Part shown: positions 51,659 to 61,869 of the stretch, piece by piece | Position numbering within the stretch: the stretch's first letter is position 1 | How the letters are laid out: each line of letters starts with the position of its first letter | Source of the DNA: Opitutales bacterium | Lineage (GTDB): Bacteria; Verrucomicrobiota; Verrucomicrobiia; Opitutales; UBA953 | Assembly (NCBI GenBank): GCA_040398005.1 | Contig: JBBAUX010000005.1 | Location: forward strand, 1 to 64,000 | Direction of reading: 5' to 3' | DNA: 64,000 bases | The notes under the pieces: generated by a model | What the model was told of the DNA's origin: nothing | The model's input: only the letters and a program-made list of their open reading frames with translations | The model's database searches: none | Translations under genes and position numbers: made by a program

Positions 51659-53143
51659 ATGAGTGATAAGCCCGACCTTAATACCATCTCACACGACCTT
51701 CATGCAGTTCGTTTGGAGAAACTTGCTCAACTTCGTGCAAATGGGGAAGATCCATTCCGCGCAAATTGGAATCAGTCACATATTTCTAGTGAGTGTGTTC
51801 AGCTTCTGCCTGAGGGCGTTGAAGAAGGCCCCGAGGTTTCCGTCGCCGGCCGCGTTGTGGCGATTCGCGTCATGGGTAAAGCGAGCTTTGTTAAGATTCT
51901 TGATCGTGCCGGCATCCAACAATGTTACTTCACGCGCGACGCTTTAACGGAGCGCTACGATACCCATTTCAAAAAGCTGATAGATTTAGGTGACTTTATT
52001 GGCGTTCGTGGAAAATTATTTAGAACGAAGACCGGTGAAGTAACGGTACGTGCTGCCGATTACGGTTTGGTTTCTAAAGCCGTTCGTCCGTTGCCTGAAA
52101 AATGGGCTGGCTTGACCGATGCCGAAAAAATTTACCGTCAGCGTTATCTCGACTTAGTGGTGAATGAGGAATCGCGTAATCGTCTCTTCATTCGCAGTCG
52201 AGTGATTGAATCGATCCGTAAATTTTTATGGAGTCGTCAATTCACTGAAGTAGAAACTCCTGCTCTGCACTCCGTGGCCGGTGGTGCTGCAGCTCGTCCC
52301 TTTGAAACACACTCTAACGCTCTTGATTGTGATTTTTACTTACGCATTGCCCTAGAATTGCACCTAAAACGCTGTTTGGTCGGCGGTATGGATCGCGTTT
52401 TTGAAATTGGACGCGTTTTCCGCAATGAAGGTGTTTCGATTAAGCACAGTCCAGAATTCACGATGCTCGAAGCTTATCAGGCCTATACTGATTATCGAGG
52501 TATGATGGAACTGGTGCGCAGTCTCATTCAGAATGTCTGCAAAGAAGTTTTAGGCACGACCGTCGTGACGCGTCCCGATGGTGTCGCCATTGAACTCGGT
52601 GGTGAGTGGCGCGAAGCTAAGTATAAAGATTTAATTATCGAACGCACGGGCGATGCTCAATGGTTCTCGCGCAGCAAAGAAGAAAAAATTGCAGCGTGTA
52701 AAAAATTAGGTCTCGAAGAGCCGCGGACCGATTGGGAAGACTTTGAAGTGACCAACGAAATTTTCGGAAAACTCATTGAGCCGACTTTATTACAACCCAC
52801 CTTCGTAACGCATATACCTAAAGAGTTATGTCCATTGGCTAAGGTGACCGTGGGTGACGATTCCACCATCGATGTATTTGAGCTTTGTATTAACGGACAA
52901 GAAATTGCTCCGGCGTATTCGGAGCAAAACGATCCGGGTGTGCAAAGAAAGATGCTGGAAATACAGGCTGGCGCGGAAACTCAGAAAATCGATGAAGATT
53001 TTCTTTTAGCACTCGAGCACGGTATGCCTCCAGCGGGCGGCTTGGGTATTGGCATTGATCGCTTGGTCATTCTGCTCACTGGGGCTGCTAATATTCGTGA
53101 TGTGATTCTCTTCCCAACTATGGGTCCCGATAAAAACGCTTAA
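51659..53143 (+). CDS. lysS: Lysine--tRNA ligase (class II)
   Basis: YRQRYLDL, GGAAARPF.T, FRNEG, HSPEF, GMPPAGGLGIGIDRL. ATG 51659. Confidence 0.98.
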   Translation: MSDKPDLNTISHDLHAVRLEKLAQLRANGEDPFRANWNQSHISSECVQLLPEGVEEGPEVSVAGRVVAIRVMGKASFVKILDRAGIQQCYFTRDALTERYDTHFKKLIDLGDFIGVRGKLFRTKTGEVTVRAADYGLVSKAVRPLPEKWAGLTDAEKIYRQRYLDLVVNEESRNRLFIRSRVIESIRKFLWSRQFTEVETPALHSVAGGAAARPFETHSNALDCDFYLRIALELHLKRCLVGGMDRVFEIGRVFRNEGVSIKHSPEFTMLEAYQAYTDYRGMMELVRSLIQNVCKEVLGTTVVTRPDGVAIELGGEWREAKYKDLIIERTGDAQWFSRSKEEKIAACKKLGLEEPRTDWEDFEVTNEIFGKLIEPTLLQPTFVTHIPKELCPLAKVTVGDDSTIDVFELCINGQEIAPAYSEQNDPGVQRKMLEIQAGAETQKIDEDFLLALEHGMPPAGGLGIGIDRLVILLTGAANIRDVILFPTMGPDKNA

Positions 53144-53152
53144 GCACTTAAC

Positions 53153-54373
53153 TTGCCCTGGTTTCTTCAAATCGCCCTTCGTCAACTCTTTCAGCCAGGA
53201 AAGCGTTTTCCAGCGTTTGCGATTGTTTCTATCTTGGGTGTAGGTCTGGGCGTTGCGGCGTTGCTCGTTGTCCAGACGGTGATGAATGGATTTGGGGAAG
53301 AACATCGTTTACGAATTAGAGAATCGTTTGGTGACTGCGTTGTGCTCACCCGCAACACGATTGCGAATCCGTCCGAGCTCGTAAAAAAATTACGGAAGGA
53401 TGATGAGGTCATTACCGCTGCTGCTTTTACGGAAGGCCCAGCTTTATCAAGACGCGGACAATTTTCCGGCGTCGCCTTCGTTCGCGGCATCGACTTAACA
53501 GTTAAGGAACAACCTGCTCGTCCGTATATTGTGGCTGGTTCGTTTGATGATCTGGATGATGGACGGGTAATTTTAGGCTATGGTTTAGCAAAAACCTTAC
53601 GCGTTAATACTGGAGATAAAATTGAGCTGTGGTCACCTGCGATGGCTGAGTTGGCTGAAAAAGGGCAGGCCCCTTTACCTGCAGAACTTGAAGTCTGTGG
53701 CATTGTGCGAACTGGATTTACCGAGGTTGATGATCGCGCGGCGATTATTCCGATTCGTCGTTTTCGCGAGCTCTGGGCGATGGGCTCCCAGGCTCATGGA
53801 ATTACTTTACGATTTAGAAATCCGAATGACGCTCCGGCGATTGCGGCACGCTTGAATGTCGACAGTCCGGAAATGCATTTTGTACCTTGGCAGGAAATTA
53901 AGAAAAATTTCCTAGAAGCGATTCGTTTCGAAAAAACGATGCTCTTCTTTTTAATGTTCATTATTACTTTAGTCGCATCCTTTTCAATTGGTAGCACGCT
54001 CTTCTCGGCCGTGATTCGTCGTACGCGTGAAGTAGGTGTTCTCGTTTCGATGGGTGCGCGACGTTGGCAAATCGTCGCACTATTCGGCATTCAAGGTTTG
54101 CTCATCGGACTCCTCGGCACGCTCTTAGGCTTTGCGCTCACCTGGACGATTTTAGCATTACGCGAAAATATTTTAACAATGATTAATAGAGTTTTCGGTA
54201 ACGGAGACATGGTTGCTAATGTTTATCAGTTTTCCAAAGTTCCGTTACACTATGATAACTCCGACTTCATCGTGGCCGCTGGATTCACCTTATTAGTCAC
54301 CACGCTCGCTGGATTGGTACCTGCTATTTGGGCCGCCAGCCGCAAACCCTCGGAGGCCATGCGTCATGTCTAA
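53153..54373 (+). CDS. lolE: Lipoprotein-releasing ABC permease (LolC/E)
   Basis: GVGLGVAAL.VV..VMNGF, EK..LF, REVGVL..MGA, P.EAMR; upstream of lolD. Confidence 0.85.
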   Translation: MPWFLQIALRQLFQPGKRFPAFAIVSILGVGLGVAALLVVQTVMNGFGEEHRLRIRESFGDCVVLTRNTIANPSELVKKLRKDDEVITAAAFTEGPALSRRGQFSGVAFVRGIDLTVKEQPARPYIVAGSFDDLDDGRVILGYGLAKTLRVNTGDKIELWSPAMAELAEKGQAPLPAELEVCGIVRTGFTEVDDRAAIIPIRRFRELWAMGSQAHGITLRFRNPNDAPAIAARLNVDSPEMHFVPWQEIKKNFLEAIRFEKTMLFFLMFIITLVASFSIGSTLFSAVIRRTREVGVLVSMGARRWQIVALFGIQGLLIGLLGTLLGFALTWTILALRENILTMINRVFGNGDMVANVYQFSKVPLHYDNSDFIVAAGFTLLVTTLAGLVPAIWAASRKPSEAMRHV

Positions 54374-55031
54374 AGTCTTACTAGAAGCTAAAGATCTTAA
54401 AAAATCTTTTTCCACGGCCGCCGGTTCGCTCGATGTTTTACGTTCGATTAACTTAACGGTTAATGAAGGTGAATCAGTTTCGATTCGGGGACTTTCCGGA
54501 TCCGGTAAGACAACACTATTACAACTGTTGGGTGGGCTTGAAGCACCTGATGCGGGTGAAGTCTTGATTGATTTAAAATCTCAAGGCCTCGTTTCTCCCC
54601 ATTTACATTTAGGACACGGTGTCGGATTTGTTTTCCAAAATTTCCAACTCATGCCCGAGTTGAATACTTTGGAAAATGTGATGTTAGCGGCAAAAATTCT
54701 CGGTACACCTGATGCCGAATTTAAGGCCCGTACGCTGATTGAATCGGTCGGCCTCGGTTCACGCTTGAATCACTACCCGTCGCAACTCTCGGGCGGAGAA
54801 TGCCAGCGCGTGGCCATTGCCCGTGCTCTAATTAATGATCCGACCATCGTGCTCGCGGATGAGCCCACGGGTAACTTGGACGAGGTTACGGGGCAGCAGA
54901 TTATCAATTTATTACTGGGTATTGTCGCAAAAAAGCAAATGGCCCTGATTTTAGTGACGCATAGCCGCGAGTATGCTGAGCGAACCCAACGCCAGTTATT
55001 ACTCACGAAGGGTGTTTTGTCCCCGGGCTAG
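54366..55031 (+). CDS. lolD: Lipoprotein-releasing ABC ATP-binding protein
   Basis: G.SGSGKTT, GFVFQ, LSGGE.QRVAIARAL, ADEPTGNLD. Confidence 0.9.
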   Translation: MSKVLLEAKDLKKSFSTAAGSLDVLRSINLTVNEGESVSIRGLSGSGKTTLLQLLGGLEAPDAGEVLIDLKSQGLVSPHLHLGHGVGFVFQNFQLMPELNTLENVMLAAKILGTPDAEFKARTLIESVGLGSRLNHYPSQLSGGECQRVAIARALINDPTIVLADEPTGNLDEVTGQQIINLLLGIVAKKQMALILVTHSREYAERTQRQLLLTKGVLSPG

Positions 55032-55068
55032 TTTGACAAGGAATTCGAACTGACTTGTATGAGGTGCT

Positions 55069-55719
55069 ATGCAACCCGCCACATCGCCAGACCAATTAAT
55101 TTCAGCTTTAGAATGGCGCTATGCGACCAAACTTTTTGATACCAAGAAATTACCAGCGGCCACTTGGTCGGTGTTAGAAAAATCTCTTCAGCTGGCTCCC
55201 TCTTCATTCGGACTGCAGCCTTGGAAGTTTATTGTAGTCGAGAGTCCAGAAATTCGGGCAAAGTTACGTCCGGTATCCTGGGGTCAATCACAAGTGACCG
55301 ACGCCTCTCACTTAGTTGTTTTTACTCGTCGTACCGAAATGACGGAAAAAGACGTGGATGCTTTTTATAATCAAATGATTTCTGACCGCCATGCCGATGC
55401 GTCGAAGCTCGAGGCCTACCGCCAGATGATGATGGGTGGAGTGGTTAAAGGAAAAGATGCGACTGCGCAGAAAGAATGGGCGGCTCGTCAGGTTTATATT
55501 GCGCTCGGTCAATTCATGGCAGCGGCTGCTGTCATCGGCGTAGACACGTGTGCCTTAGAAGGCATTGATCCAGCGGCCTATGACGATATTTTGGGATTAA
55601 AAGGAAGTGGCTACGAAACGATTGTGGGCTGTGCCGCTGGCTACCGTTCGGCCGATGATAAATATGCGGCCATGAAAAAAATCCGCTTCCCGCTAAGCAA
55701 AGTTCTTCAAAAAGTTTAA
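55069..55719 (+). CDS. NAD(P)H-dependent nitroreductase family protein
   Basis: WRYATK.FD, APSSFGLQPW, Q.YIALG, DTC..EG, K.R. Confidence 0.93.
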   Translation: MQPATSPDQLISALEWRYATKLFDTKKLPAATWSVLEKSLQLAPSSFGLQPWKFIVVESPEIRAKLRPVSWGQSQVTDASHLVVFTRRTEMTEKDVDAFYNQMISDRHADASKLEAYRQMMMGGVVKGKDATAQKEWAARQVYIALGQFMAAAAVIGVDTCALEGIDPAAYDDILGLKGSGYETIVGCAAGYRSADDKYAAMKKIRFPLSKVLQKV

Positions 55720-58013
55720 CTTTTCTTAACCCACTGCTGGAAGCTCTCGTCGTTGATGAGAACTTCAGGGTCGCCGTATTCCGTCGATAAAAGATTTTTA
55801 TAAGTCTCGTCGGCGAAGCGTCGGCAGTGGAGGAGAACTCGGGCGGTGTGTCCAGGGGCTCGTACGAGTCGACCTAAGGCCTGGTTCACTTTACGCATGC
55901 CAGGCCTTACATAAGCGAGGGCGAAGGCGTCCTCCGCGCCATCTTCGACGAACATTTTTCGGCGAGCTTCTTGGAGTGCATTCACTTCGGGGAGTGCGGG
56001 ACCAATGACTACAGCGGAACGAATTTTTCCACCGAGTAAATCAACGCCTTCGCCCAGGGATCCACCGAGGATTAAGCAAAGGATGGTTGATGTTTTCAGT
56101 GAGTCATCAACGAAGCGAGCCGTGCGATCGGGTCCGAGTCCCCGAGGTTGTAAAGCAATGGATGTTTCGGAATTTATTTTCTTAATTTCTTCAACAATCG
56201 CCTCAGCATATTTATAGGAAGGGAAGAAAGCGGCGACGGAGCCTTCTTCAGAAAGTTTAATTAACGATTGAGCGGTCCGCTGGTGGTGGCTTTCGCGGGT
56301 TTTTAAGCGCGTATCGATACGACCATCGATTGCCACCGTGTAGGCGCCTTGTCGCCACGGGGCGAGGGCGTCGACGCGCATGATGTGATCATTGTTTAAT
56401 CCACATTCTGAGGCGAGGGCGCCGCGCGGTCCGGGCGTCGCAGTCATTAATAATACGTGGGCGAAGGATTGCAGCCTTTCGCCGGTAGCTTTGGCGGCCG
56501 TTAAACAATCCAGGTTGATTTGTCCGGCGTTGGGTGACCACAGTAGCCAGCCAAGGTCGGCCTGTTCCAATCTTTGCGACCAAAGCGCAGCACTCCAAAC
56601 GGCGTTGCGTGCTTCTTCGGGTAGACTATCTAAATCAATAGGGAAGGTGCCGCCCAGCGGTGCCAGTTTTTCGGTTAACGTCATCGCTTCGAGGCGATCA
56701 TCGGGCGATAAAGAATCGGCTTTAGGCAGTCGCCCCACGAAATCTGCCCAAGCCTGGGTGGCAAGACACCAAGGTTCGGGGGCACGAAATTTAGTTAAGG
56801 TAAAACTAAAATCACTCGCTGATTGAGCGTCATCACGAAGTGATAGACATTCAGCAGCACGTTCGGGAAGATTATGAGCTTCGTCCACAATCAGCATGGT
56901 GTCGTGATCATTCCAACCAGGAATCGTTTCGAGAGCGGAACGATTACGTGGCGAGAACACATAATTATAATCGCAAATGATGACGTCGGCATGACCCAGC
57001 ATCGCTTTGGTAATATCCCAAGGAGGAACGCCCGCGACTTTTCCAATTTCTCTGATGCGTTTTAATTCTGCACCCTCAGCCAGTAGGGCTTGTGGATCAA
57101 TCGCGGCACGTACCCAATTTTTTCGAATTTCTTCGGGGTCATCGGTTAAGCCATCCATTTCATGTTCACTGCGTGGACGAAGAACCATGCCACTCAGTTC
57201 ATTCGATTTTGCTAAACGTCTCAGCTCGGCCAAAACTTGTAACTGTCCGGTTCCTTTACCGGTTAAATAAAGCAGACGTCCCACGCGTCCGCTGCGTAGG
57301 AGTGCGAGGCCGTGCCGAAGGGCGGCGGACGTTTTACCGAAGCCGGTGGGTGCGACCATAAGGCGTATCGGAGACTCCAGTGCGGCTTGATCGAGATCGG
57401 CACAAGACTGAAGCCACTCGATTCGGGGTTCGTCTTTGAAAGGCAAGCGATCGGGCAGAAGTAATAATCGCGCATGGCTGGCGCGACGATTTTCCGCGTG
57501 GCTGGCGAGAACCTCGGCCTGATTTAATAAATCGCTTTCGGCGCTGTCGGGCAACGGCAGCGTTTGTTTGGTGCCATCTTTGGGATCAACAAAAACCAGT
57601 TCACCCACGACGCTTTTAATATTCGGTAAAATGCGTGCGGCGTGACAATAGATACCGAGTTGCAGAAAATGATGCGGGTAGCGTTGGCGTAGAAATTCGG
57701 TTTTACGCGGTAATGATACGGTGACCGTTTTAATTTCGCGAATAGTGACTGCGCTATTTTCTTCACGCCATTGATCGGTTCGCCCGGTGATACAAACGAC
57801 CCACCCGAGAATTTTAATTTCGCAGGCGATAGATTTTTCAAATTCCCATTGATTATTTTCAGCATCAGCATGGATTCGAAGCGTCTCGTGCCATTGGCGA
57901 CCCGCTTCGGCGCGCCAAGGCGAGTTACCTGAGCCAGCGGTGGGTCCGGGTCGAAAGGTGGCAAACTCTTGGGCGCTGACCTCAATGCGTTTGGTTTTAA
58001 TATCAATACGCAT
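55716..58013 (-). CDS. XPD/Rad3/DinG-family helicase with N-terminal PD-(D/E)XK nuclease domain
   Basis: G..WH, GRTD, EIKT, QLGIY (nuclease); APTGFGKT, DEAH, TAT, FFPSY, EGVD, QALGRLVR (SF2). ATG 58013. Confidence 0.9.
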   Translation of the reverse strand: MRIDIKTKRIEVSAQEFATFRPGPTAGSGNSPWRAEAGRQWHETLRIHADAENNQWEFEKSIACEIKILGWVVCITGRTDQWREENSAVTIREIKTVTVSLPRKTEFLRQRYPHHFLQLGIYCHAARILPNIKSVVGELVFVDPKDGTKQTLPLPDSAESDLLNQAEVLASHAENRRASHARLLLLPDRLPFKDEPRIEWLQSCADLDQAALESPIRLMVAPTGFGKTSAALRHGLALLRSGRVGRLLYLTGKGTGQLQVLAELRRLAKSNELSGMVLRPRSEHEMDGLTDDPEEIRKNWVRAAIDPQALLAEGAELKRIREIGKVAGVPPWDITKAMLGHADVIICDYNYVFSPRNRSALETIPGWNDHDTMLIVDEAHNLPERAAECLSLRDDAQSASDFSFTLTKFRAPEPWCLATQAWADFVGRLPKADSLSPDDRLEAMTLTEKLAPLGGTFPIDLDSLPEEARNAVWSAALWSQRLEQADLGWLLWSPNAGQINLDCLTAAKATGERLQSFAHVLLMTATPGPRGALASECGLNNDHIMRVDALAPWRQGAYTVAIDGRIDTRLKTRESHHQRTAQSLIKLSEEGSVAAFFPSYKYAEAIVEEIKKINSETSIALQPRGLGPDRTARFVDDSLKTSTILCLILGGSLGEGVDLLGGKIRSAVVIGPALPEVNALQEARRKMFVEDGAEDAFALAYVRPGMRKVNQALGRLVRAPGHTARVLLHCRRFADETYKNLLSTEYGDPEVLINDESFQQWVKKS

Positions 58014-58615
58014 TACGGCAGAACGAAGTGAATTTCTCCGGCGGCCCAATGTTCTAAATCGGTCGAGAGTTTGGCGACGGTTTCCTCATCGCAGGTTTGA
58101 GCATCGAGCGGTTGCGTGAGAATGCTTCCGGCTAATTCTTGTCGGTTGCCTAAGTGGGCCAGCCACTGTTCATGGACGGGCCAGCCACCATCTTTAATAA
58201 TCAACCAAAGCCCTTTAAAATAAGCCGCATCGGGGCGTGGACGTTCGGCCATGGCGGCAAAGGTTTCGAGAGCGATGCGGTAGCAGACTGGGGCCGACTC
58301 AGGCGGAGGTGGATTTTTCCGGATCATCGAAGCGAGGCGACAAGCGCGCTCGAGGGTGCGGTGATTTTTAGCGATGCCTTGGTGGCGGGTGATTAATCGA
58401 TAATCTTTCGCGAAGCGCGTGCCGCCATCTTTTGATTTTTCGATTTGAATTTCACACTCATCAAATAAATCGGGAGCTGTGGTGGTTTTACTTCGCGTGA
58501 GACGAATTAAGCAACGGTCCAAACCTTGGTGAGGTTCAAGGAAGGTTAAAAGAGTGTGAGATTCTCCCGAGGGATCGCGTCCGAGAATGAGACAGCGCAG
58601 GGTGGCTGATGACAT
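58013..58615 (-). CDS. recO: DNA repair protein RecO-like (short)
   Basis: N-terminal OB-fold pattern LILGRDPSGESH.LLTFL....G, DLF, then a helical domain ending K.LW....GG.P. Confidence 0.72.
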   Translation of the reverse strand: MSSATLRCLILGRDPSGESHTLLTFLEPHQGLDRCLIRLTRSKTTTAPDLFDECEIQIEKSKDGGTRFAKDYRLITRHQGIAKNHRTLERACRLASMIRKNPPPPESAPVCYRIALETFAAMAERPRPDAAYFKGLWLIIKDGGWPVHEQWLAHLGNRQELAGSILTQPLDAQTCDEETVAKLSTDLEHWAAGEIHFVLP

Positions 58616-58621
58616 TCGTAA

Positions 58622-59302
58622 TTACTCTTTAATTTTGGGCTGAGGTACGACGGAACCGAAACTCATCAGAAGTCCTAACGCTTCCGTGACGGTTAATTTA
58701 GTTTCCTTAATTTCATCGGCTTTCACTTGTAGGACAAATCCAGCGGTGGGGGCGGGGGCAGAGGGCACAAACACATTCACTACTTTTTCGCCGATAGCTT
58801 CGGAGAGTGCGGTGGGCTGTTCGTTAGTGATGAACGCGATACTCCAGCATCCAGGGCGCGGGTATTGCACCAATACCACGCGTCGAAAAGTATCTTTATT
58901 TCTTCCGCTCAAGGCATCGACCATTTGGCGGATGGTGTTATAGAGTGCCCCTAATCCAGGCATACGTTCTACGATATTGCTAATCCAAGTATTAAATATT
59001 TTTCCGAAAAGTCGTTTAGAGAGCCATCCTAGAGTGATTAGGATGACGGCCATGATGAGTGCCGAAATCAGAACGAGGGCGACGTGAGCGGGCCCCGATT
59101 GGAAATCGGGCAGCTTCGCATTTTCGTCATAGAAAAAGGGCAGTAAATTTTGAATTAAAGTCTGAACCGGTGAAGCGACGAGTCCGATTAAAATGCTAAC
59201 GATGTAAAGAGTTAGCCCGATCGGCAAAACCAAGAACATGCCGGTCAAAAAATTATGACCGAGGCGTGATCCGAACGAAGTTTTGGGGCTAAGATTGGGC
59301 AT
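58622..59302 (-). CDS. DUF502 family membrane protein
   Basis: FLTG...LP..LT, R.P....LY...RQ, F.RVVLV.YP..G, VFVP..P.P..GF. ATG 59302. Confidence 0.9.
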   Translation of the reverse strand: MPNLSPKTSFGSRLGHNFLTGMFLVLPIGLTLYIVSILIGLVASPVQTLIQNLLPFFYDENAKLPDFQSGPAHVALVLISALIMAVILITLGWLSKRLFGKIFNTWISNIVERMPGLGALYNTIRQMVDALSGRNKDTFRRVVLVQYPRPGCWSIAFITNEQPTALSEAIGEKVVNVFVPSAPAPTAGFVLQVKADEIKETKLTVTEALGLLMSFGSVVPQPKIKE

Positions 59303-59358
59303 GTTTAACAGAATCTTTAATAACGAATAGGCCCGAAGCGTCAATCGTGTGAGTAGGT

Positions 59359-59386
59359 TTGCAAACCTTGTTTTGATGGATAACTT
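59359..59386 (+). promoter_or_regulatory. Putative promoter of the SOUL gene, leaderless geometry
   Basis: TTGCAA-N16-TAACTT-N7-ATG(59394). Confidence 0.6.
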
Positions 59387-59393
59387 AATAGTG

Positions 59394-59942
59394 ATGAAAC
59401 TACCCCAATTTCTTATCATTATGACATCTATTATCCCAAGTTTTGCGAGTGCTGCCGAGGGAGATGCCTATGCCCGGACTTCGCCCGGACAAATTGAAAT
59501 TAAAGAGTTACCGGCGGCGCGCTTGATGATTTCAAAATCGGAACAACCTTACTTCTCGGGCAACAATAAACTTTTTGGAAAACTTTTTAATTATATTCGT
59601 GAAAAAGAAATTCCGATGACGGCGCCCGTCGAGGCAAAAATTAATCCCGGGGTGATGATTTTTTATATGGATGCAACTTCCGCAGTGCGCACCGATTTAA
59701 AATCAGGTGCAGAAGTTGAATTACTGAATCTCGACGCTCGAACGGTCATAGCGATTGGCATCCGTGGATCTTATTCGAAAGAAAACTACGAGGAGGGATT
59801 AGCGCGTTTACAAGACTGGTTGAAAACTCAGTCGCAACTCGAGGTCATCGGTGAGCCCTACGGAGTTTATTGGAACAGCCCATTCGTGCCGTTTTTCTTA
59901 AAACAGTCCGAAGTGCACATCGCAGTTAAAGTTAAAAAATAA
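59394..59942 (+). CDS. SOUL heme-binding family protein, secreted
   Basis: F..LFNYI, IPMTAPV, WNSPF.P.FL...EV; signal-peptide-like N-terminus. Confidence 0.88.
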   Translation: MKLPQFLIIMTSIIPSFASAAEGDAYARTSPGQIEIKELPAARLMISKSEQPYFSGNNKLFGKLFNYIREKEIPMTAPVEAKINPGVMIFYMDATSAVRTDLKSGAEVELLNLDARTVIAIGIRGSYSKENYEEGLARLQDWLKTQSQLEVIGEPYGVYWNSPFVPFFLKQSEVHIAVKVKK

Positions 59943-59953
59943 ACGTATCTTAA

Positions 59954-61006
59954 CTAAACCCAGGTGCGCTGACGCCAGGCAAGTCCTTGGGCGATTTCTT
60001 TAGCCAAGCCTGGTCCGCGGAAAACTAAGCCCGAGTATACTTGGACGAGGCAGGCGCCTTCGTCCATGAATCGGCCTGCATCTACAGCAGAGGTGATTCC
60101 GCCACAACCGATGATGGGAATTTTTCCGTTCGAGGTCTTACTTAAAAATCTCACCACTTGAAGGGATTTTTCGAGCAGAGGTTTTCCGCTCAAGCCGCCG
60201 CGCGTTTCGCATCCTTCGGTTCCGTGGGGTCGTGTAATGGTCGTATTCGTGGCGATGATACCCGCAAATTTCGTTTCACTGACGACACTCAGAATATCTT
60301 CCAGTTGCGCGGGGTTTAAATCGGGGGCGACTTTTAACAGCAAAGGTACGGGACCGCCTAAAGTATTTTTATTTTCTGCCGTGAGTGTTCGGAGAAGTTT
60401 AATCAGAGGTTCACGATCTTGGAGGGCACGCAGTCCGGGTGTATTCGGGCTGCTGATATTAACGACTAAGTAATCCGCGTAAGGGGCGAGGAGTTTGAAT
60501 GAAAATAAATAATCCTCTTGGGCTTCTTCGAGCGGAGTGATTTTGGATTTCCCAATATTGATACCGAGAGGGCAGATTCGTTGGCCACGACCCGGTTGAT
60601 TTTCTAAACGATCGCGGAGCGCTTCGGCTCCTAAATTCGGAAAGCCATAAGCGTTTACGATGGTTTTAATTTTGGGGTAACGCCATACACGTGGCTTTTC
60701 ATTTCCGGCTTGAGCGTGCCGTGTCACCGTGCCGACTTCGACGTGACCAAAGCCCAAGGCCCCGGCTCCGCGCCAGCCCGATCCGTCTTTATCAAATCCA
60801 GCTGCTAGACCCACGTGATTAGGGAACTTTAAACCAAAGACATTAACCGGTTTTGATCCTTCGGGAGAAAGTCCACGTTCCATAAGCCAGCGAAGTGGGG
60901 CGATACTTCCGATTAATCCCATTCCGCGTAGTCCGCATTGATGGGCCAACTCAGGGTCCATCGCATAAAAGGCCTTAGATAGGACTTTTTCGTACAAAAT
61001 TGACAT
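59954..61006 (-). CDS. pyrD: Quinone-dependent dihydroorotate dehydrogenase
   Basis: GLAAGFDK, GINIGKSK, NISSPNTPGLR.LQ, KVAPDL, TNTT, GGLSG. Confidence 0.97.
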   Translation of the reverse strand: MSILYEKVLSKAFYAMDPELAHQCGLRGMGLIGSIAPLRWLMERGLSPEGSKPVNVFGLKFPNHVGLAAGFDKDGSGWRGAGALGFGHVEVGTVTRHAQAGNEKPRVWRYPKIKTIVNAYGFPNLGAEALRDRLENQPGRGQRICPLGINIGKSKITPLEEAQEDYLFSFKLLAPYADYLVVNISSPNTPGLRALQDREPLIKLLRTLTAENKNTLGGPVPLLLKVAPDLNPAQLEDILSVVSETKFAGIIATNTTITRPHGTEGCETRGGLSGKPLLEKSLQVVRFLSKTSNGKIPIIGCGGITSAVDAGRFMDEGACLVQVYSGLVFRGPGLAKEIAQGLAWRQRTWV

Positions 61007-61119
61007 AGTAAATACATAAACTGTTATACGACGAAAGGGAAGCGGAGAACATCTCGAAAGCGAAACAATGTTTCAACCCCTCTTGACTCTCCGCAGAACT
61101 TCCACAAATCCATTCCCCC

Positions 61120-61857
61120 ATGCCCCTTACCTCATCCAAACTCACGTGGTGCACTATTAGACTCAGAAAAGATACTAATCGCTGGTGGGTGAAAGAGAAT
61201 TCCGATCCCAAGCATTATGAGCCTGACGGTCTAGGTATTCTTGATCCCTATCAATTACCTTGGGTACTCGATAATTTAGATCCTCTTCGTGAGTATGGTC
61301 TTTCCAATGAAATTCTAGAAGCGGCTTTTGTGCCCTTTCAAATTCACTCAATCGAAAAAGATAAAGATGAAACCGTCCGCCTCGCTCGCGTGGCTGAACA
61401 TATTCTCGACTCCGAAGAATTACTTTTTGCTCTCCCTAATGTTAAAGATGGCGAAAAAGGTTCCTATGCTGATTTTCTCGAACACATTACTCGTCTTCGC
61501 GTAAAATTTATTAACGATACCATCAAGCTAGAGCAGAAGTTAACCATCGAAGACGTTGATGAACAATTGAGCGATCTGCGCAATCAGGCTTTGATTGAAG
61601 GCCGTGATATCCATCCTTTCGAAGAAATTACCGATATTTTAGAATTCGTTCCTGCCGGACATGAAGTGCCGACGGACGACGACGATGATGATAAGCCTGC
61701 TCGCCCTACTTCTGCGGCTGAAGAAATTACCGACTTACCTGAAGTTGAAGATGACGATAAGCTGAACAAAGAATTGAAGTGGGACGAAGAAGAGCGCCCA
61801 GAAGATGTGGAAGGCGAAGAGGGCGGCGAATCACGTGGTAGCAGCCGCCGTCGCTAA
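61120..61857 (+). CDS. Hypothetical protein with highly acidic C-terminal tail
   Basis: 245-aa ORF filling the space between pyrD and lnt; TTGACT upstream; D/E-rich tail. Confidence 0.8.
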   Translation: MPLTSSKLTWCTIRLRKDTNRWWVKENSDPKHYEPDGLGILDPYQLPWVLDNLDPLREYGLSNEILEAAFVPFQIHSIEKDKDETVRLARVAEHILDSEELLFALPNVKDGEKGSYADFLEHITRLRVKFINDTIKLEQKLTIEDVDEQLSDLRNQALIEGRDIHPFEEITDILEFVPAGHEVPTDDDDDDKPARPTSAAEEITDLPEVEDDDKLNKELKWDEEERPEDVEGEEGGESRGSSRRR

Positions 61858-61869
61858 TCTTTAAGTCCT

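Noticed and set aside
57450..58013. Cas4 or CasDinG of a type IV CRISPR system
   Set aside because: No cas genes or array nearby and no Cas4 cysteines; the context is DNA repair.
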